DNA of 24,000 nt from Metabacillus lacus (GTDB taxonomy: Bacteria > Bacillota > Bacilli > Bacillales > Bacillaceae). Made by a program: the position numbers and the translations under genes. The notes under the pieces were generated by a model that was given only the letters and a program-made list of their open reading frames with translations, made no database searches and was not told where the DNA came from. This document shows positions 1-8,657 of the stretch, one piece after another. How positions within the stretch are numbered: the first letter of the stretch is position 1; the number at the start of each line of letters is the position of its first letter. Where the stretch lies: NCBI RefSeq assembly GCF_009674805.1, contig NZ_WKKI01000028.1, positions 22,774 to 46,773 of the forward strand. The letters are read 5' to 3'.

Positions 1-468
1 CTTTCAATGGAAGGAACACCAGAAAGTTTTGCAATCGGCTCCATTTCATCCACGACAACCGGATCTACAATAAAGGAAGGAATGTTAAGGCCTGAAGCAA
101 TTTCATATGCTAGAATGCCGCCAAGATTGGAAGCATGCTGCCCTGCATAGCCGTTTCTTAAATCTTGAAGCATTGTTGAATTCACTTCATATGTACCGCC
201 TTCAATCGGCCTGAGCAATCCTCCCCGCCCGCATACTGCGTCAAGCTTAGAGATATTCATCCCTTCCTGATCAAGGGTTTCTAAGATGGTTTGTTTCCTG
301 AATTCATATTGGTCTATGATGCTGTCATAGGAATTTATTTTTTCTGCATCATGGCGAAGCGTCTTTTCAAAAATGGACCTTTCATTATCATAGACACCGA
401 TTTTAGTTGAAGTTGATCCAGGGTTAATGACAAGGATTCGATATTCTTTTGCTTGCAACGTAATAAAC
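1..468 (-). CDS. buk: Butyrate kinase, N-terminal part; the gene runs off the left edge of the window
   Basis: Hand translation of the minus strand from TTG at 466-468 (GGAGG 9 nt upstream) gives (M)[36 protein letters not shown]...[17 protein letters not shown]...[15 protein letters not shown]. This is the acetate/butyrate-kinase N-terminal pattern. Its position after ptb-bcd matches the B. subtilis bkd operon order. It is absent from the ORF track because it is open at the window edge. Confidence 0.85.
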
Positions 469-529
469 CTCCGATTTAAGTGTGGCCGGAGCAGAGAACG
501 CTCCGGCGTATGTTTTCAGCAATCTTTCA

Positions 530-1627
530 TTAAGAGCGGTGGCGAAGAATATGCTGGCTGTTCAGCAAAAACTGGCTGCGTGAATTTCTCATTCTCTCAA
601 TACGTTCTTCTGCAAGACGATCAGCAGCGGCGTATGTTGGAATAGAGTCACGTTTAGAAATCTCGATAACCCGCTCGATATTGCTGTAGATTCCTTCAAC
701 GCGTTTTAATGCGCGGTCTCGGTTGTAGCCGTAAAGTTCGTCCGCGACATTGATTACGCCGCCTGCATTGATCACATAATCCGGCGCATACACAATGCCC
801 ATTTCATGAATTTGATCGCCATGGCGTGTTTCACGAAGCTGGTTGTTCGCAGCGCCGGCAATTACTTTTGCTTTCAATAGAGGAATTGTTGAATCATTAA
901 TAGTTGCGCCAAGAGCACATGGGGCATAAATATCACATTCAACACTGTAAATATCCTCAGGATCAACAGCTTTTGCCCCGAACTCATCCACTGCACGCTG
1001 AACAGCTTCTTTATTAATATCTGTCACAATCAGCTGAGCACCCTCTTCGTGCAGATAGCGGCATAAATTGTACGCTACGTTTCCGACACCCTGTACGGCA
1101 ATCACTTTACCTTCCAGTGAATCTGTCCCAAAAGCTTCTTTGGCTGCCGCCTTCATACCGCGGTACACTCCGTAAGCAGTCACTGGTGAAGGATTTCCTG
1201 AAGAACCGAATGCAGGAGAAATTCCTGTAACAAAATTTGTTTCTTCATGAATAAGATCCATGTCAGCAACAGTTGTTCCAACATCCTCTGCTGTGATATA
1301 CCTTCCATTCAGCCCCTGAATGTAGCGGCCGAATGCACGGAACATTTCTTCATTCTTGTCTTTGCGGGGATCTCCGATAATGACTGTTTTTCCGCCGCCA
1401 AGATTCAGGCCTGCTGCTGCATTTTTATAAGTCATTCCCTTTGCAAGGCGCAGGGCATCTTCAATTGCTGCCTCTTCTGATTCATATGTCCACATCCGCG
1501 TCCCGCCCAAAGCAGGTCCCAAAGTCGTATCATGGATGGCGATAATTGCTTTTAAACCTGATTGTTTATCCTGGCAAAAAACAAGCTGTTCGTAATCATA
1601 CGTTTCCATATATTTAAAAATTTCCAT
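530..1627 (-). CDS. bcd: Leucine (branched-chain amino acid) dehydrogenase
   Basis: The ORF at 530..1678 has Glu/Leu/Phe/Val dehydrogenase motifs ([12 protein letters not shown] catalytic Lys region; NAD-binding VQGVGNVA). I place the start at the internal ATG at 1625-1627 ([17 protein letters not shown]), which has GAGGAGGAA 6 nt upstream and gives 365 aa. The longer 382-aa version would overlap the ptb stop. Confidence 0.9.
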   Translation of the reverse strand: MEIFKYMETYDYEQLVFCQDKQSGLKAIIAIHDTTLGPALGGTRMWTYESEEAAIEDALRLAKGMTYKNAAAGLNLGGGKTVIIGDPRKDKNEEMFRAFGRYIQGLNGRYITAEDVGTTVADMDLIHEETNFVTGISPAFGSSGNPSPVTAYGVYRGMKAAAKEAFGTDSLEGKVIAVQGVGNVAYNLCRYLHEEGAQLIVTDINKEAVQRAVDEFGAKAVDPEDIYSVECDIYAPCALGATINDSTIPLLKAKVIAGAANNQLRETRHGDQIHEMGIVYAPDYVINAGGVINVADELYGYNRDRALKRVEGIYSNIERVIEISKRDSIPTYAAADRLAEERIERMRNSRSQFLLNSQHILRHRS

Positions 1628-1659
1628 TTTGTCTTCCTCCTCAGAATCGTTAGCAATAT

Positions 1660-2556
1660 TTATTTTTCTGTTGAACATATGGCGAGCGCCAAAGAAAATA
1701 ATTTACTTTCGGCTGTATCCGCCCTGCTTGTAAGAACGATCGGCGCTTTTGCCCCGGAAATAACAGCTCCAACTTTAGCTTGAGCAAAATAAATGAGAGA
1801 TTTATAAAGTGCGTTACCTGTTTCAATATTTGGAACCAGCAGGATATCGGCTTGTCCTGCCACCCTTCCGTCAATTCCTTTATGCTTAGCGGCTGCAGGG
1901 GAAATCGCGTTATCAAGTGCCAGCGGACCGTCAACGATGCAGTGCTGAATTTGCCCGCGCGCATTCATTTGTGACAGCGCTGCTGCATCAAGAGTCGCCT
2001 GCATGCTGGGATTAACAACCTCAACCGCCGCCAAAGGCGCCACCTTTGGCGTAGTAATACCGATTGAAACTGCAACTTCCACAGCATTTTGAATAATCTG
2101 CACCTTTTGCTGCAAATCAGGTTCTATATTCATCGCAGCATCGGTTATCGTGATGAGCCGTTCGTAGCCGGGAATTTCAAATACAGCTGTATGGGAAAGG
2201 ACTCTGCCTGTTCTTAATCCAAACTCCTTATTCAAGACAGCTTTTAAGATAACAGCAGTAGCAACATTCCCTTTCATCAAAACTTCCGCTTCTTTTTGGG
2301 CAACTGCTTTTACCGCAAGCTCTGCAGCCGCCGCAGGGTGATCAGCGTGTACCACTGATACCTTCTCAGCCGGCACGCCCTCTTTTTTCATCAAGTTTGC
2401 TATGGCAGTTTGATTCCCGAACAATATAAAATGCGCAAGTTCCTTTTCAATTCCCTGCGCAACCGCAGACATCACTTCTTCATCTTCAGCTGCTGCTACA
2501 GCTATTGTCCGTTTAGGAAGCGCTGCTGCTTTGATTAATAAATCTGTCAATGTCAA
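1660..2556 (-). CDS. ptb: Phosphate butyryltransferase
   Basis: 298-aa ORF of the phosphate acetyl/butyryl transferase family ([16 protein letters not shown]..., ...[21 protein letters not shown]). It starts at TTG and sits first downstream of the sigma-54 promoter, as in the B. subtilis bkd operon. Confidence 0.9.
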   Translation of the reverse strand: MTLTDLLIKAAALPKRTIAVAAAEDEEVMSAVAQGIEKELAHFILFGNQTAIANLMKKEGVPAEKVSVVHADHPAAAAELAVKAVAQKEAEVLMKGNVATAVILKAVLNKEFGLRTGRVLSHTAVFEIPGYERLITITDAAMNIEPDLQQKVQIIQNAVEVAVSIGITTPKVAPLAAVEVVNPSMQATLDAAALSQMNARGQIQHCIVDGPLALDNAISPAAAKHKGIDGRVAGQADILLVPNIETGNALYKSLIYFAQAKVGAVISGAKAPIVLTSRADTAESKLFSLALAICSTEK

Positions 2557-2600
2557 TCCATTCAGTCCTTCCCTGCCGTTTTCCCCACACTATTTCTATA

Positions 2601-2616
2601 TGCAAGAACTGTGCCA
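2601..2616 (-). promoter_or_regulatory. Sigma-54 (SigL) -24/-12 promoter of the ptb-bcd-buk operon
   Basis: The minus strand reads TTGGCACAGTTCTTGCAT. This matches TGGCAC-N5-TTGCA exactly, about 45 nt upstream of the ptb start. The sigma-54 activator gene bkdR lies immediately upstream. Confidence 0.8.
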
Positions 2617-2670
2617 ACTTTAGTTTTTGAAGAAAACGCTTTATCATCTGCTTTTAAAAAATAACAACCA

Positions 2671-2703
2671 TGCAATATATTGCGTATTGTGCAAATTTTT
2701 GCG
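2671..2703. promoter_or_regulatory. Two imperfect palindromes, candidate BkdR upstream activating sequences
   Basis: TGCAATATATTGCG (2671-2684) and TGCAAATTTTTGCG (2690-2703) lie 55-100 bp upstream of the -24 element. That is the usual distance for an enhancer-binding-protein site. Both fit TGCAAW-N2-WTTGCR. Confidence 0.5.
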
Positions 2704-2707
2704 TGCA

Positions 2708-4774
2708 TTATTTTGCGATATTATATTTTTCCATTTTATAATACAGGCTTCTTAGGGAAATTCCTAACGCCTTAGCTGTGTTAGTTCTGTTGTAACCGTT
2801 GTTTTCCAAGGCTGCCCTGATGATTTTGGCTTCCTGCTCTTCCATCAGGTCTGCCAGAGCAGCTCCCTCTGGCCAAATATCTGCTTCAGCTTGTGCTTTA
2901 TGCAGTTTGCTTCTGCTTTCCGTTAACGGCGGCAGATGTTCAGCCCCTATGAAAGTTTCACTAAGATTCATGAAGATAATGGCCCTTCCCAGAACATTCT
3001 CCAGTTCGCGCACATTTCCCGGCCATTCATATTTCATGAATGTTTCCATCGCCTTTTGCTCCACACCCGAAATATTCCTGCCGTAATCCTGGTTCAGCTT
3101 CCGAATGAGGTGAGAGCACAGAGAGGGAATATCACCTTTTCTATTTCTAAGGGGAGGAATGGAAATTGGATAGCGGTTCAGCCTGTAATACAAATCTTCC
3201 CGAAAGGAACCGAGGGCCATCGCCTTTTCAATATTCACGTTGGTTGCCGCAATCACCCTGACATTAATGGGCAGAGGTTTGGTTCCTCCAACTCTGACAA
3301 TTTCTTTTTCCTGAAGCACCCTTAACAGTTTTGCCTGCATGCTTGCTGAGAGTTCGCCAATCTCATCCAGGAAAATGCTTCCATTGTTTGCTTCTTCAAA
3401 GAAGCCTCTTTTCCCGCCTCTTTTCGCTCCTGAAAATGCACCTTCTTCATAGCCAAACAACTCGCTTTCCAGGAGGTTTTCAGAAATAGCCGCACAGTTG
3501 ACTCTTATAAATTTGTTATATTTTCGGTCGCTGCCATTGTGTATAGCATGTGCAAATAATTCTTTTCCCGTTCCTGACTCTCCCCTTAAAAGGACGGTCG
3601 CAGGAGTTTTCGCACCAAGCTTGGCCTGTTCCACAGCAACCTGCATCTCTTCACTGCCTCCGATAATATCAGCAAATGAATATTTCGCTTCCAGCGTCCG
3701 GATGATTTGCCGCGCTCTGTTTAACTCCGCAGTCAAGGTCTGAATTTCAGAAACATCATGAATGACACCTACACTGCCCTTCAGGATGCTGTCAACAATT
3801 ATTGGAGCGACATTCACGAGTACCTCTCTTTTATGAGGCCCAACCTTCATTCTCGCTCCCCTGACAGGCCTTCTTGTTTGAAGGACTCTAACATGCATGC
3901 TGTCCCCTTCAGAAATGTCAATATCAGCAGGCTTTCCGATTACCTGATCTTCCGTCAGCCCTGTCATCCTTGTATACGCTGGATTGATCAGCAGACCCCT
4001 GCCCTCTTCATCCACTACAGAAATGGCCTCATCTGAAGATTGGATAATCGCCTGCAGCATTGTTTGTATTTCTTTAAGGTTGGTAATTTCCTCCGCCAGC
4101 TGAACAACCTCTGTGATGTCTTTAAAGAGAGAAAGAGCACCGAGCAGATGGCCGGTATCATCAATAATCGGCATTCTTGTGGAGATAATTTTCAATCCAT
4201 TTTCAAGTATCTGCTCCTGATTGTATTCAGCCTCCCGCGTCTCAAGGATGGAGGGGAGTTTGCTTGAAGGAACAATTTCCTGAATTTTGCGGCCCAAGAC
4301 CTCATTTTTGCTTTTACCGGTAATTTGTTCTGCAGTTTTATTAAATAAAAGTATTGTTTCTTCTGTATCTATAAATATCATGCCGTCGTTCGTACTGTTA
4401 AAGATCGTATCGTGCTTATAAGTTTCTTCTCTCAGCCGGGTGATGAGCGACTGTTTTTCCTCTATCAAGTCTGTAATAATATGAGCTACTGCACCCGGAA
4501 TAATGACAGTTTTGCTGCTTCTTAATGTTAACAGAGACTGCAGGACATCCTCGCTGCCAGTTGCCTCAATCACGATGTCTATCTGATCTGACATTAACGG
4601 CTTCCAATCTTTACTGGTTAAAATCCCCAGATTTCTTGCATATGTAATACCGGGAGCGTTTTCATTAATGTCTACAACCGCAATCACTTCCATCTTCTGC
4701 GTTTCATAGATCATTCGAAGCAAAGCAGTTCCCCCGATTCCTGCTCCCACTAACATAACCCGCTGCATCATCAA
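2708..4774 (-). CDS. bkdR: Sigma-54-dependent transcriptional activator with PAS domains (BkdR)
   Basis: 688-aa ORF. It has an N-terminal Rossmann-like region ([10 protein letters not shown]), PAS-like repeats, and an AAA+ sigma-54 interaction module (GESGTGKE Walker A; GAFSGA, a variant of GAFTGA). The C-terminus has a Fis-type HTH ([20 protein letters not shown]). Confidence 0.9.
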   Translation of the reverse strand: MMMQRVMLVGAGIGGTALLRMIYETQKMEVIAVVDINENAPGITYARNLGILTSKDWKPLMSDQIDIVIEATGSEDVLQSLLTLRSSKTVIIPGAVAHIITDLIEEKQSLITRLREETYKHDTIFNSTNDGMIFIDTEETILLFNKTAEQITGKSKNEVLGRKIQEIVPSSKLPSILETREAEYNQEQILENGLKIISTRMPIIDDTGHLLGALSLFKDITEVVQLAEEITNLKEIQTMLQAIIQSSDEAISVVDEEGRGLLINPAYTRMTGLTEDQVIGKPADIDISEGDSMHVRVLQTRRPVRGARMKVGPHKREVLVNVAPIIVDSILKGSVGVIHDVSEIQTLTAELNRARQIIRTLEAKYSFADIIGGSEEMQVAVEQAKLGAKTPATVLLRGESGTGKELFAHAIHNGSDRKYNKFIRVNCAAISENLLESELFGYEEGAFSGAKRGGKRGFFEEANNGSIFLDEIGELSASMQAKLLRVLQEKEIVRVGGTKPLPINVRVIAATNVNIEKAMALGSFREDLYYRLNRYPISIPPLRNRKGDIPSLCSHLIRKLNQDYGRNISGVEQKAMETFMKYEWPGNVRELENVLGRAIIFMNLSETFIGAEHLPPLTESRSKLHKAQAEADIWPEGAALADLMEEQEAKIIRAALENNGYNRTNTAKALGISLRSLYYKMEKYNIAK

Positions 4775-4816
4775 AACCCCTTTATTGAATACAATTGCAC
4801 AGGTAAATAATGTATA

Positions 4817-4830
4817 TGCAATTTATTGCA
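4817..4830. promoter_or_regulatory. Perfect-arm palindrome TGCAAT-TT-ATTGCA in the bkdR leader; candidate autoregulatory operator
   Basis: This is the same motif family as the two palindromes upstream of ptb. It lies 8-21 nt downstream of the predicted bkdR -10 box. Confidence 0.45.
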
Positions 4831-4837
4831 CATAACT

Positions 4838-4865
4838 ATCATATCATGTTTTCATACCTTGACAA
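4838..4865 (-). promoter_or_regulatory. Candidate sigma-A promoter of bkdR
   Basis: The minus strand reads TTGTCA (4860-4865), a 16-nt spacer, then TATGAT (4838-4843). Confidence 0.5.
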
Positions 4866-4887
4866 ATCCTTTTTTGGAGAAGAAAAT
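4859..4887 (+). promoter_or_regulatory. Candidate sigma-A promoter of yqzF
   Basis: The plus strand reads TTGACA (4859-4864), a 17-nt spacer, then GAAAAT (4882-4887). Its -35 hexamer overlaps the -35 of the divergent bkdR promoter. Confidence 0.4.
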
Positions 4888-4916
4888 AATTTATATCAAG
4901 AATAAGGGGCTATGAA

Positions 4917-5171
4917 ATGTCTAGAATCACAGCATTACTGATCATGGTTATACCAGGGGTACTGGCAGCTTACGGGATTAAATTAATGAGAGATATGCTT
5001 TTCGGCATATTGCAGCCGCCTATTCCCTTTTTGTGGCTCCAATTTTTAATTGGTCTAATATTGTTCGCGGGCGGACTTAGTTTTGTAGCAGGCTTTGTTT
5101 TTTACAGGGATAAAAAAAGAAATAAAGTTCAGGCCAAATTTCAGAAAAAAAAATCCCTGCCATCTAAGTAG
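4917..5171 (+). CDS. yqzF: Small two-TM membrane protein, YqzF/DUF2627-like
   Basis: 84-aa ORF with AAGGGG 8 nt upstream of the ATG. It has two hydrophobic helices and a Lys-rich tail. Its position, divergent from bkdR, matches B. subtilis yqzF as I recall it. Confidence 0.7.
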   Translation: MSRITALLIMVIPGVLAAYGIKLMRDMLFGILQPPIPFLWLQFLIGLILFAGGLSFVAGFVFYRDKKRNKVQAKFQKKKSLPSK

Positions 5172-5901
5172 CAGGGATGAGTACTCTCGCTTTTTCCGGA
5201 TAATCTGTAAAAAAGCCGGAACAATTTTGCTCGTAAAGTTCCTTCATAATTGCTTCATTGTTAACAGTAAAGGGCCTGACAGAAATCCCTCTTGCCTGAG
5301 CACTAACAATAATATCCCTGTTAACAGCATAAACATGCGGGTGCAGAGCCCCGGCTTTGAGCTTAGCTGCATATTCCCACGGCTTATACAGTCCTTCAGA
5401 ATACAGCACGCCCAGCTCAATCTCTTCTGACAATTCTCTGCATTTTGCAAGACTGTAATGATTGAATGAAGAAAGTATTGCTGCTTTCTCCATTTGAAAA
5501 TTACGGATGATCTTAATCACTTTTTCTTCAATACCCTCATAATCAATAATTCCGTTCTTCAGCTCTATGTTGACAAGAAAATGAGGGATCGAGGCAGCCC
5601 ATTGCAGTACTTCTTCCAGCAGAGGGATAGGCGCATGACCTGCATAATCAGCAAACTTGTAGCTGGCATCAGCCTTACTGAGTTCCCTGTATGAAAAGTC
5701 TTTTACAAAACCCTTAAGGTTTGTTGTTCTGTCCAGCTTCTCATCATGAATAACGACAATTTGGCCGTCACTCGACATTTGTACATCCAGCTCAATGCCA
5801 TCTGCACCCGCTTCAAAAGCAGCTTTAAAAGAAACCATTGTATTTTCAGGGCACGTACCTGCAGCCCCTCTATGTCCAAAAATCTGAGTCAATTTCAACA
5901 C
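5164..5901 (-). CDS. yqiK: Glycerophosphodiester phosphodiesterase
   Basis: 245-aa ORF with the GDPD signature FGHRGAAGTCPENT and IELDVQMSSDG. It starts at GTG with only a weak SD, so the exact start is uncertain. Confidence 0.85.
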   Translation of the reverse strand: MLKLTQIFGHRGAAGTCPENTMVSFKAAFEAGADGIELDVQMSSDGQIVVIHDEKLDRTTNLKGFVKDFSYRELSKADASYKFADYAGHAPIPLLEEVLQWAASIPHFLVNIELKNGIIDYEGIEEKVIKIIRNFQMEKAAILSSFNHYSLAKCRELSEEIELGVLYSEGLYKPWEYAAKLKAGALHPHVYAVNRDIIVSAQARGISVRPFTVNNEAIMKELYEQNCSGFFTDYPEKARVLIPAT

Positions 5902-5925
5902 CGCCTTATAGATAGGAGATAAATA

Positions 5926-6075
5926 ATGAGACCTTTACAAATTTCAGCTGAGACAGCTGAATTGCTTTCAAAAAAACTGGGTATACCACTTCATGAGCTC
6001 ATGCATATGCCTCAGCATATTTTGCTTGCAAAGCTGGCAGAGGCAGAAAAGGAACAAGATCAGAAAAACAGTTGA
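5926..6075 (+). CDS. Hypothetical 49-aa protein, below the ORF-track size cutoff
   Basis: AGGAGA at 5914-5919 lies 6 nt upstream of the ATG at 5926. Hand translation gives MRPLQISAETAELLSKKLGIPLHELMHMPQHILLAKLAEAEKEQDQKNS, with the stop at 6073-6075. A terminator hairpin follows about 20 nt later. I do not recognise the family. Confidence 0.5.
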   Translation: MRPLQISAETAELLSKKLGIPLHELMHMPQHILLAKLAEAEKEQDQKNS

Positions 6076-6097
6076 AAAGAAATGATAAAAAATTCAA

Positions 6098-6120
6098 AGG
6101 CCGGAAAATGCTTCCGGCCT
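6098..6120. terminator. Bidirectional rho-independent terminator shared by spo0A and the 49-aa ORF
   Basis: AGGCCGGAA-aatgc-TTCCGGCCT forms a 9-bp stem. It is flanked by an A-run on the left (a T-run on the minus strand) and by CTTTCGTTT on the right. Confidence 0.7.
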
Positions 6121-6145
6121 CTTTCGTTTACTCATTCTAACCCTT

Positions 6146-6937
6146 TCAAGAAGCTTTATGCTCCAGGCGAAGCTTATCGGCCACCATGGCGATAAACTCG
6201 GAGTTAGTAGGTTTTGCTTTTGACATGCTGACGGTATAGCCGAACAGCGATGAAATGGATTCAATATTTCCGCGGCTCCAGGCAACTTCAATCGCATGAC
6301 GAATTGCCCTTTCTACACGGCTGGCTGTTGTATTATATTTTTTCGCGATATCAGGATACAATACCTTTGTGATAGACCCGAGAAGTTCAATATCATTATA
6401 TACCATCGAGATAGCTTCTCTTAGATAAAGATAGCCTTTAATATGAGCAGGAACACCAATTTCATGGATAATGCTTGTAATGCTCGCATCCAGGTTAAGC
6501 CCCTTTTTCTCACTTTGAGACCTGAGGACAGAGCTTGTAGAACGTTTTAGGATTGGCTGGCTGTTTCCACTAATCTGGCGGACATGACTTGCAAGGTTTT
6601 CCATGTCAAATGGCTTTAGGATGAAATATGAAGCACCAAGGTCCACAGCTTTTTTCGTGACATCCTCTTGACCAAATGCAGTCAGCATAATGACATTGGG
6701 CTGTTTCTCTTTATCCTGCATACGCATCTTTTCAAGAACGCCCAGTCCGTCTAAATGAGGCATGATGATATCAAGAATCAATACATCAGGGCTTTTATCA
6801 TTCAGCAAGTTCAGGCAGTCCTGGCCGTTATAAGCCACTCCAAGAACTTCCATATCCTCCTGACTTGAAATATACTCATCAAGAAGAGATACCAATTCCC
6901 TATTATCATCTACTATACAAACTTTAATTTTTTCCAC
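6146..6937 (-). CDS. spo0A: Sporulation master response regulator Spo0A
   Basis: 263-aa ORF. The receiver domain reads [15 protein letters not shown]...[14 protein letters not shown]. The C-terminus has the Spo0A-specific DNA-binding region ([12 protein letters not shown]...[18 protein letters not shown]). It starts at GTG with GAGGAGGAC upstream. Confidence 0.95.
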   Translation of the reverse strand: MEKIKVCIVDDNRELVSLLDEYISSQEDMEVLGVAYNGQDCLNLLNDKSPDVLILDIIMPHLDGLGVLEKMRMQDKEKQPNVIMLTAFGQEDVTKKAVDLGASYFILKPFDMENLASHVRQISGNSQPILKRSTSSVLRSQSEKKGLNLDASITSIIHEIGVPAHIKGYLYLREAISMVYNDIELLGSITKVLYPDIAKKYNTTASRVERAIRHAIEVAWSRGNIESISSLFGYTVSMSKAKPTNSEFIAMVADKLRLEHKAS

Positions 6938-6993
6938 GCAAATGTCCTCCTCAGTGTCATGCTATCTCAACATGCTTTGTTCTTTATGAAATT

Positions 6994-7137
6994 TTCGACA
7001 ATTCGGTTCAAATACCTTTTAAAATTAGAAAAAAACTCTAAAAATATAATTATCTTTGTTTTTCTTCAAATTACTCCGTTTTTCGACTTCTTTGTCAATT
7101 TTTCCAAATGAGACCAGTTTTGTCGAATCACATCTTT
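6994..7137. promoter_or_regulatory. spo0A upstream control region with 0A-box matches
   Basis: TGTCGAA occurs exactly at 7131-7137 (plus strand) and at 6994-7000 (minus strand). AGTCGAA, a 6/7 match, is at 7092-7098 (minus strand). spo0A is known to be autoregulated through 0A boxes. I could not place the sigma-H and sigma-A promoters confidently. Confidence 0.5.
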
Positions 7138-7204
7138 ATGACCTATTCTACATGAGATATCCACTGAAATAAAGGAAAAATTAGACCGTATTTACCAGCA
7201 AAAG

Positions 7205-7230
7205 AAAAACTGCAGAATCTTCTTCTGCAG
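7205..7230 (-). terminator. Rho-independent terminator after spoIVB
   Basis: The minus strand reads CTGCAGAA-gaaga-TTCTGCAG, an 8-bp stem, followed by TTTTTCTTTT. It abuts the spoIVB stop codon. Confidence 0.75.
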
Positions 7231-8520
7231 TCAGCTTGCTTCTTTTTTAGGAGCTTTTTCATATATATCAATACCCGCTTCACTCAGCATCCATTCAATA
7301 TGGACACCATATCCGCTTGCAGGGTCATTGACAAAAACATGTGTCACGGCACCTACAAGTTTTCCATCCTGTATGATGGGGCTTCCGCTCATGCCCTGTA
7401 CAATACCGCCAGTTTTTCCGATGAGTTCTTTATCCGTTATTTTAATGACCATTCCTTTGGTGGCAGGAAACTTTTGAGGAACAGCACTGATAATTTCTAC
7501 ATCAAATTCCTCTACTTTGTCATCGTTCACGACCGTCAGTATTTTCGCAGGCCCTTCTTTTACTTCATGCGACAAGGCAATTGGAAGAGCTTTATCCATA
7601 ATTCCATTCTCAATGCCCTCATCCAGCTTGCCGAATATACCAAACGGACTGTTTTTCGTAATATTTCCGATTATTTTTCTATCTTCTGAGAAGCGGGCCA
7701 GCTTTTCACCCGGATTTCCATTGCTTCCTTTTTCAATAGAGGTTACTGTTGAGCGGACAATTTGTCCGTCCTGGACAACAATAGGCTTTTTTGTATCCAT
7801 ATCGGATATGACATGTCCCAGAGCTCCATATTTCTTTGATTGAGGATCTATGAATGTCATCGTTCCAATACCTGCAGCTGAGTCTCTGATATACAAGCCG
7901 ATTCTGAAGGCATCATCATTCACATCTTTAAGGGGGACCAGTTTCGCTTGAATTTCTTTATTGTCTCTTGAAATAACTAAATTCAAGGGTTCACCTGTTT
8001 TTCCTGCTTCCTGAATAAAAGGAGTGACATCATTCATTTTTTCAATTTTGGTTCCATTGATGTTGGTGATAATATCCCCAACCTGTACCCCGGCAATCTC
8101 GCCTGGAGATTGTTTGCCTTTAGCCGTTGTTACCTCATGATGTCCGACAACGAGCACTCCGAGAGAATTCAGCTTGACACCTATTGACTGTCCGCCCGGA
8201 ATTACTTTAAAGTCCGAGAGAACTTTTACCTGAGTCTTTTTAACGGGTATGCCTGCTATATCAAAAACAAGTTGTGCTTCTCCGCTGTTTTTTCCTGCCA
8301 GTACGAGCTGATCTCCTGACTGCTGCAGTGAGAAGGCTTGGCTGGCGTCTGGTGAAGCTGCAACTGCCGAAGCATTTACCATGGTACTTTCCTGGTTTTC
8401 AAATACCGTTACATTTTTCGGTATTGCCAGGTATTCTTTAAAAGGATGAACAAAACCTAAGCTTGTTAGAAATACAAGGAGAATTACACCTGTTATTTTT
8501 CTAATATTTTCTACATTCAC
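7231..8520 (-). CDS. spoIVB: SpoIVB signalling serine peptidase (S55 family, with PDZ domain)
   Basis: The ORF has an N-terminal signal anchor ([18 protein letters not shown]), a PDZ region, and the S55 catalytic region ([23 protein letters not shown]). I place the start at GTG 8518-8520, which has GAGGAGAG 7 nt upstream. The ORF-track version (to 8550) has no SD. Confidence 0.9.
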   Translation of the reverse strand: MNVENIRKITGVILLVFLTSLGFVHPFKEYLAIPKNVTVFENQESTMVNASAVAASPDASQAFSLQQSGDQLVLAGKNSGEAQLVFDIAGIPVKKTQVKVLSDFKVIPGGQSIGVKLNSLGVLVVGHHEVTTAKGKQSPGEIAGVQVGDIITNINGTKIEKMNDVTPFIQEAGKTGEPLNLVISRDNKEIQAKLVPLKDVNDDAFRIGLYIRDSAAGIGTMTFIDPQSKKYGALGHVISDMDTKKPIVVQDGQIVRSTVTSIEKGSNGNPGEKLARFSEDRKIIGNITKNSPFGIFGKLDEGIENGIMDKALPIALSHEVKEGPAKILTVVNDDKVEEFDVEIISAVPQKFPATKGMVIKITDKELIGKTGGIVQGMSGSPIIQDGKLVGAVTHVFVNDPASGYGVHIEWMLSEAGIDIYEKAPKKEAS

Positions 8521-8629
8521 TTTTTCACTCTCCTCGCTCCTAACCCACACACCATTCCTTCTTCGATGGCTACATCCTTTAATTTTGCCTACAGCTGCAG
8601 GTTTTATAACTGGAAACTAAGAAGACAGT

Positions 8630-8652
8630 AAAAAAACTGCCCTTAGGCAGCT
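8630..8652 (-). terminator. Rho-independent terminator after recN
   Basis: The minus strand reads AGCTGCC-taag-GGCAGTT, a 7-bp stem that includes one G-U pair possible only on the minus-strand RNA. It is followed by TTTTT. Confidence 0.6.
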
Positions 8653-8657
8653 TATAA

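Noticed and set aside
1650-1964. A 104-aa minus-strand ORF overlapping the 3' end of ptb in another frame, and the 17-codon N-terminal extension of bcd (1628-1678)
   Set aside because: Both are frame shadows of well-supported genes. The bcd extension lacks an SD, whereas the internal ATG has GAGGAGGAA. The 104-aa product has no recognisable features.
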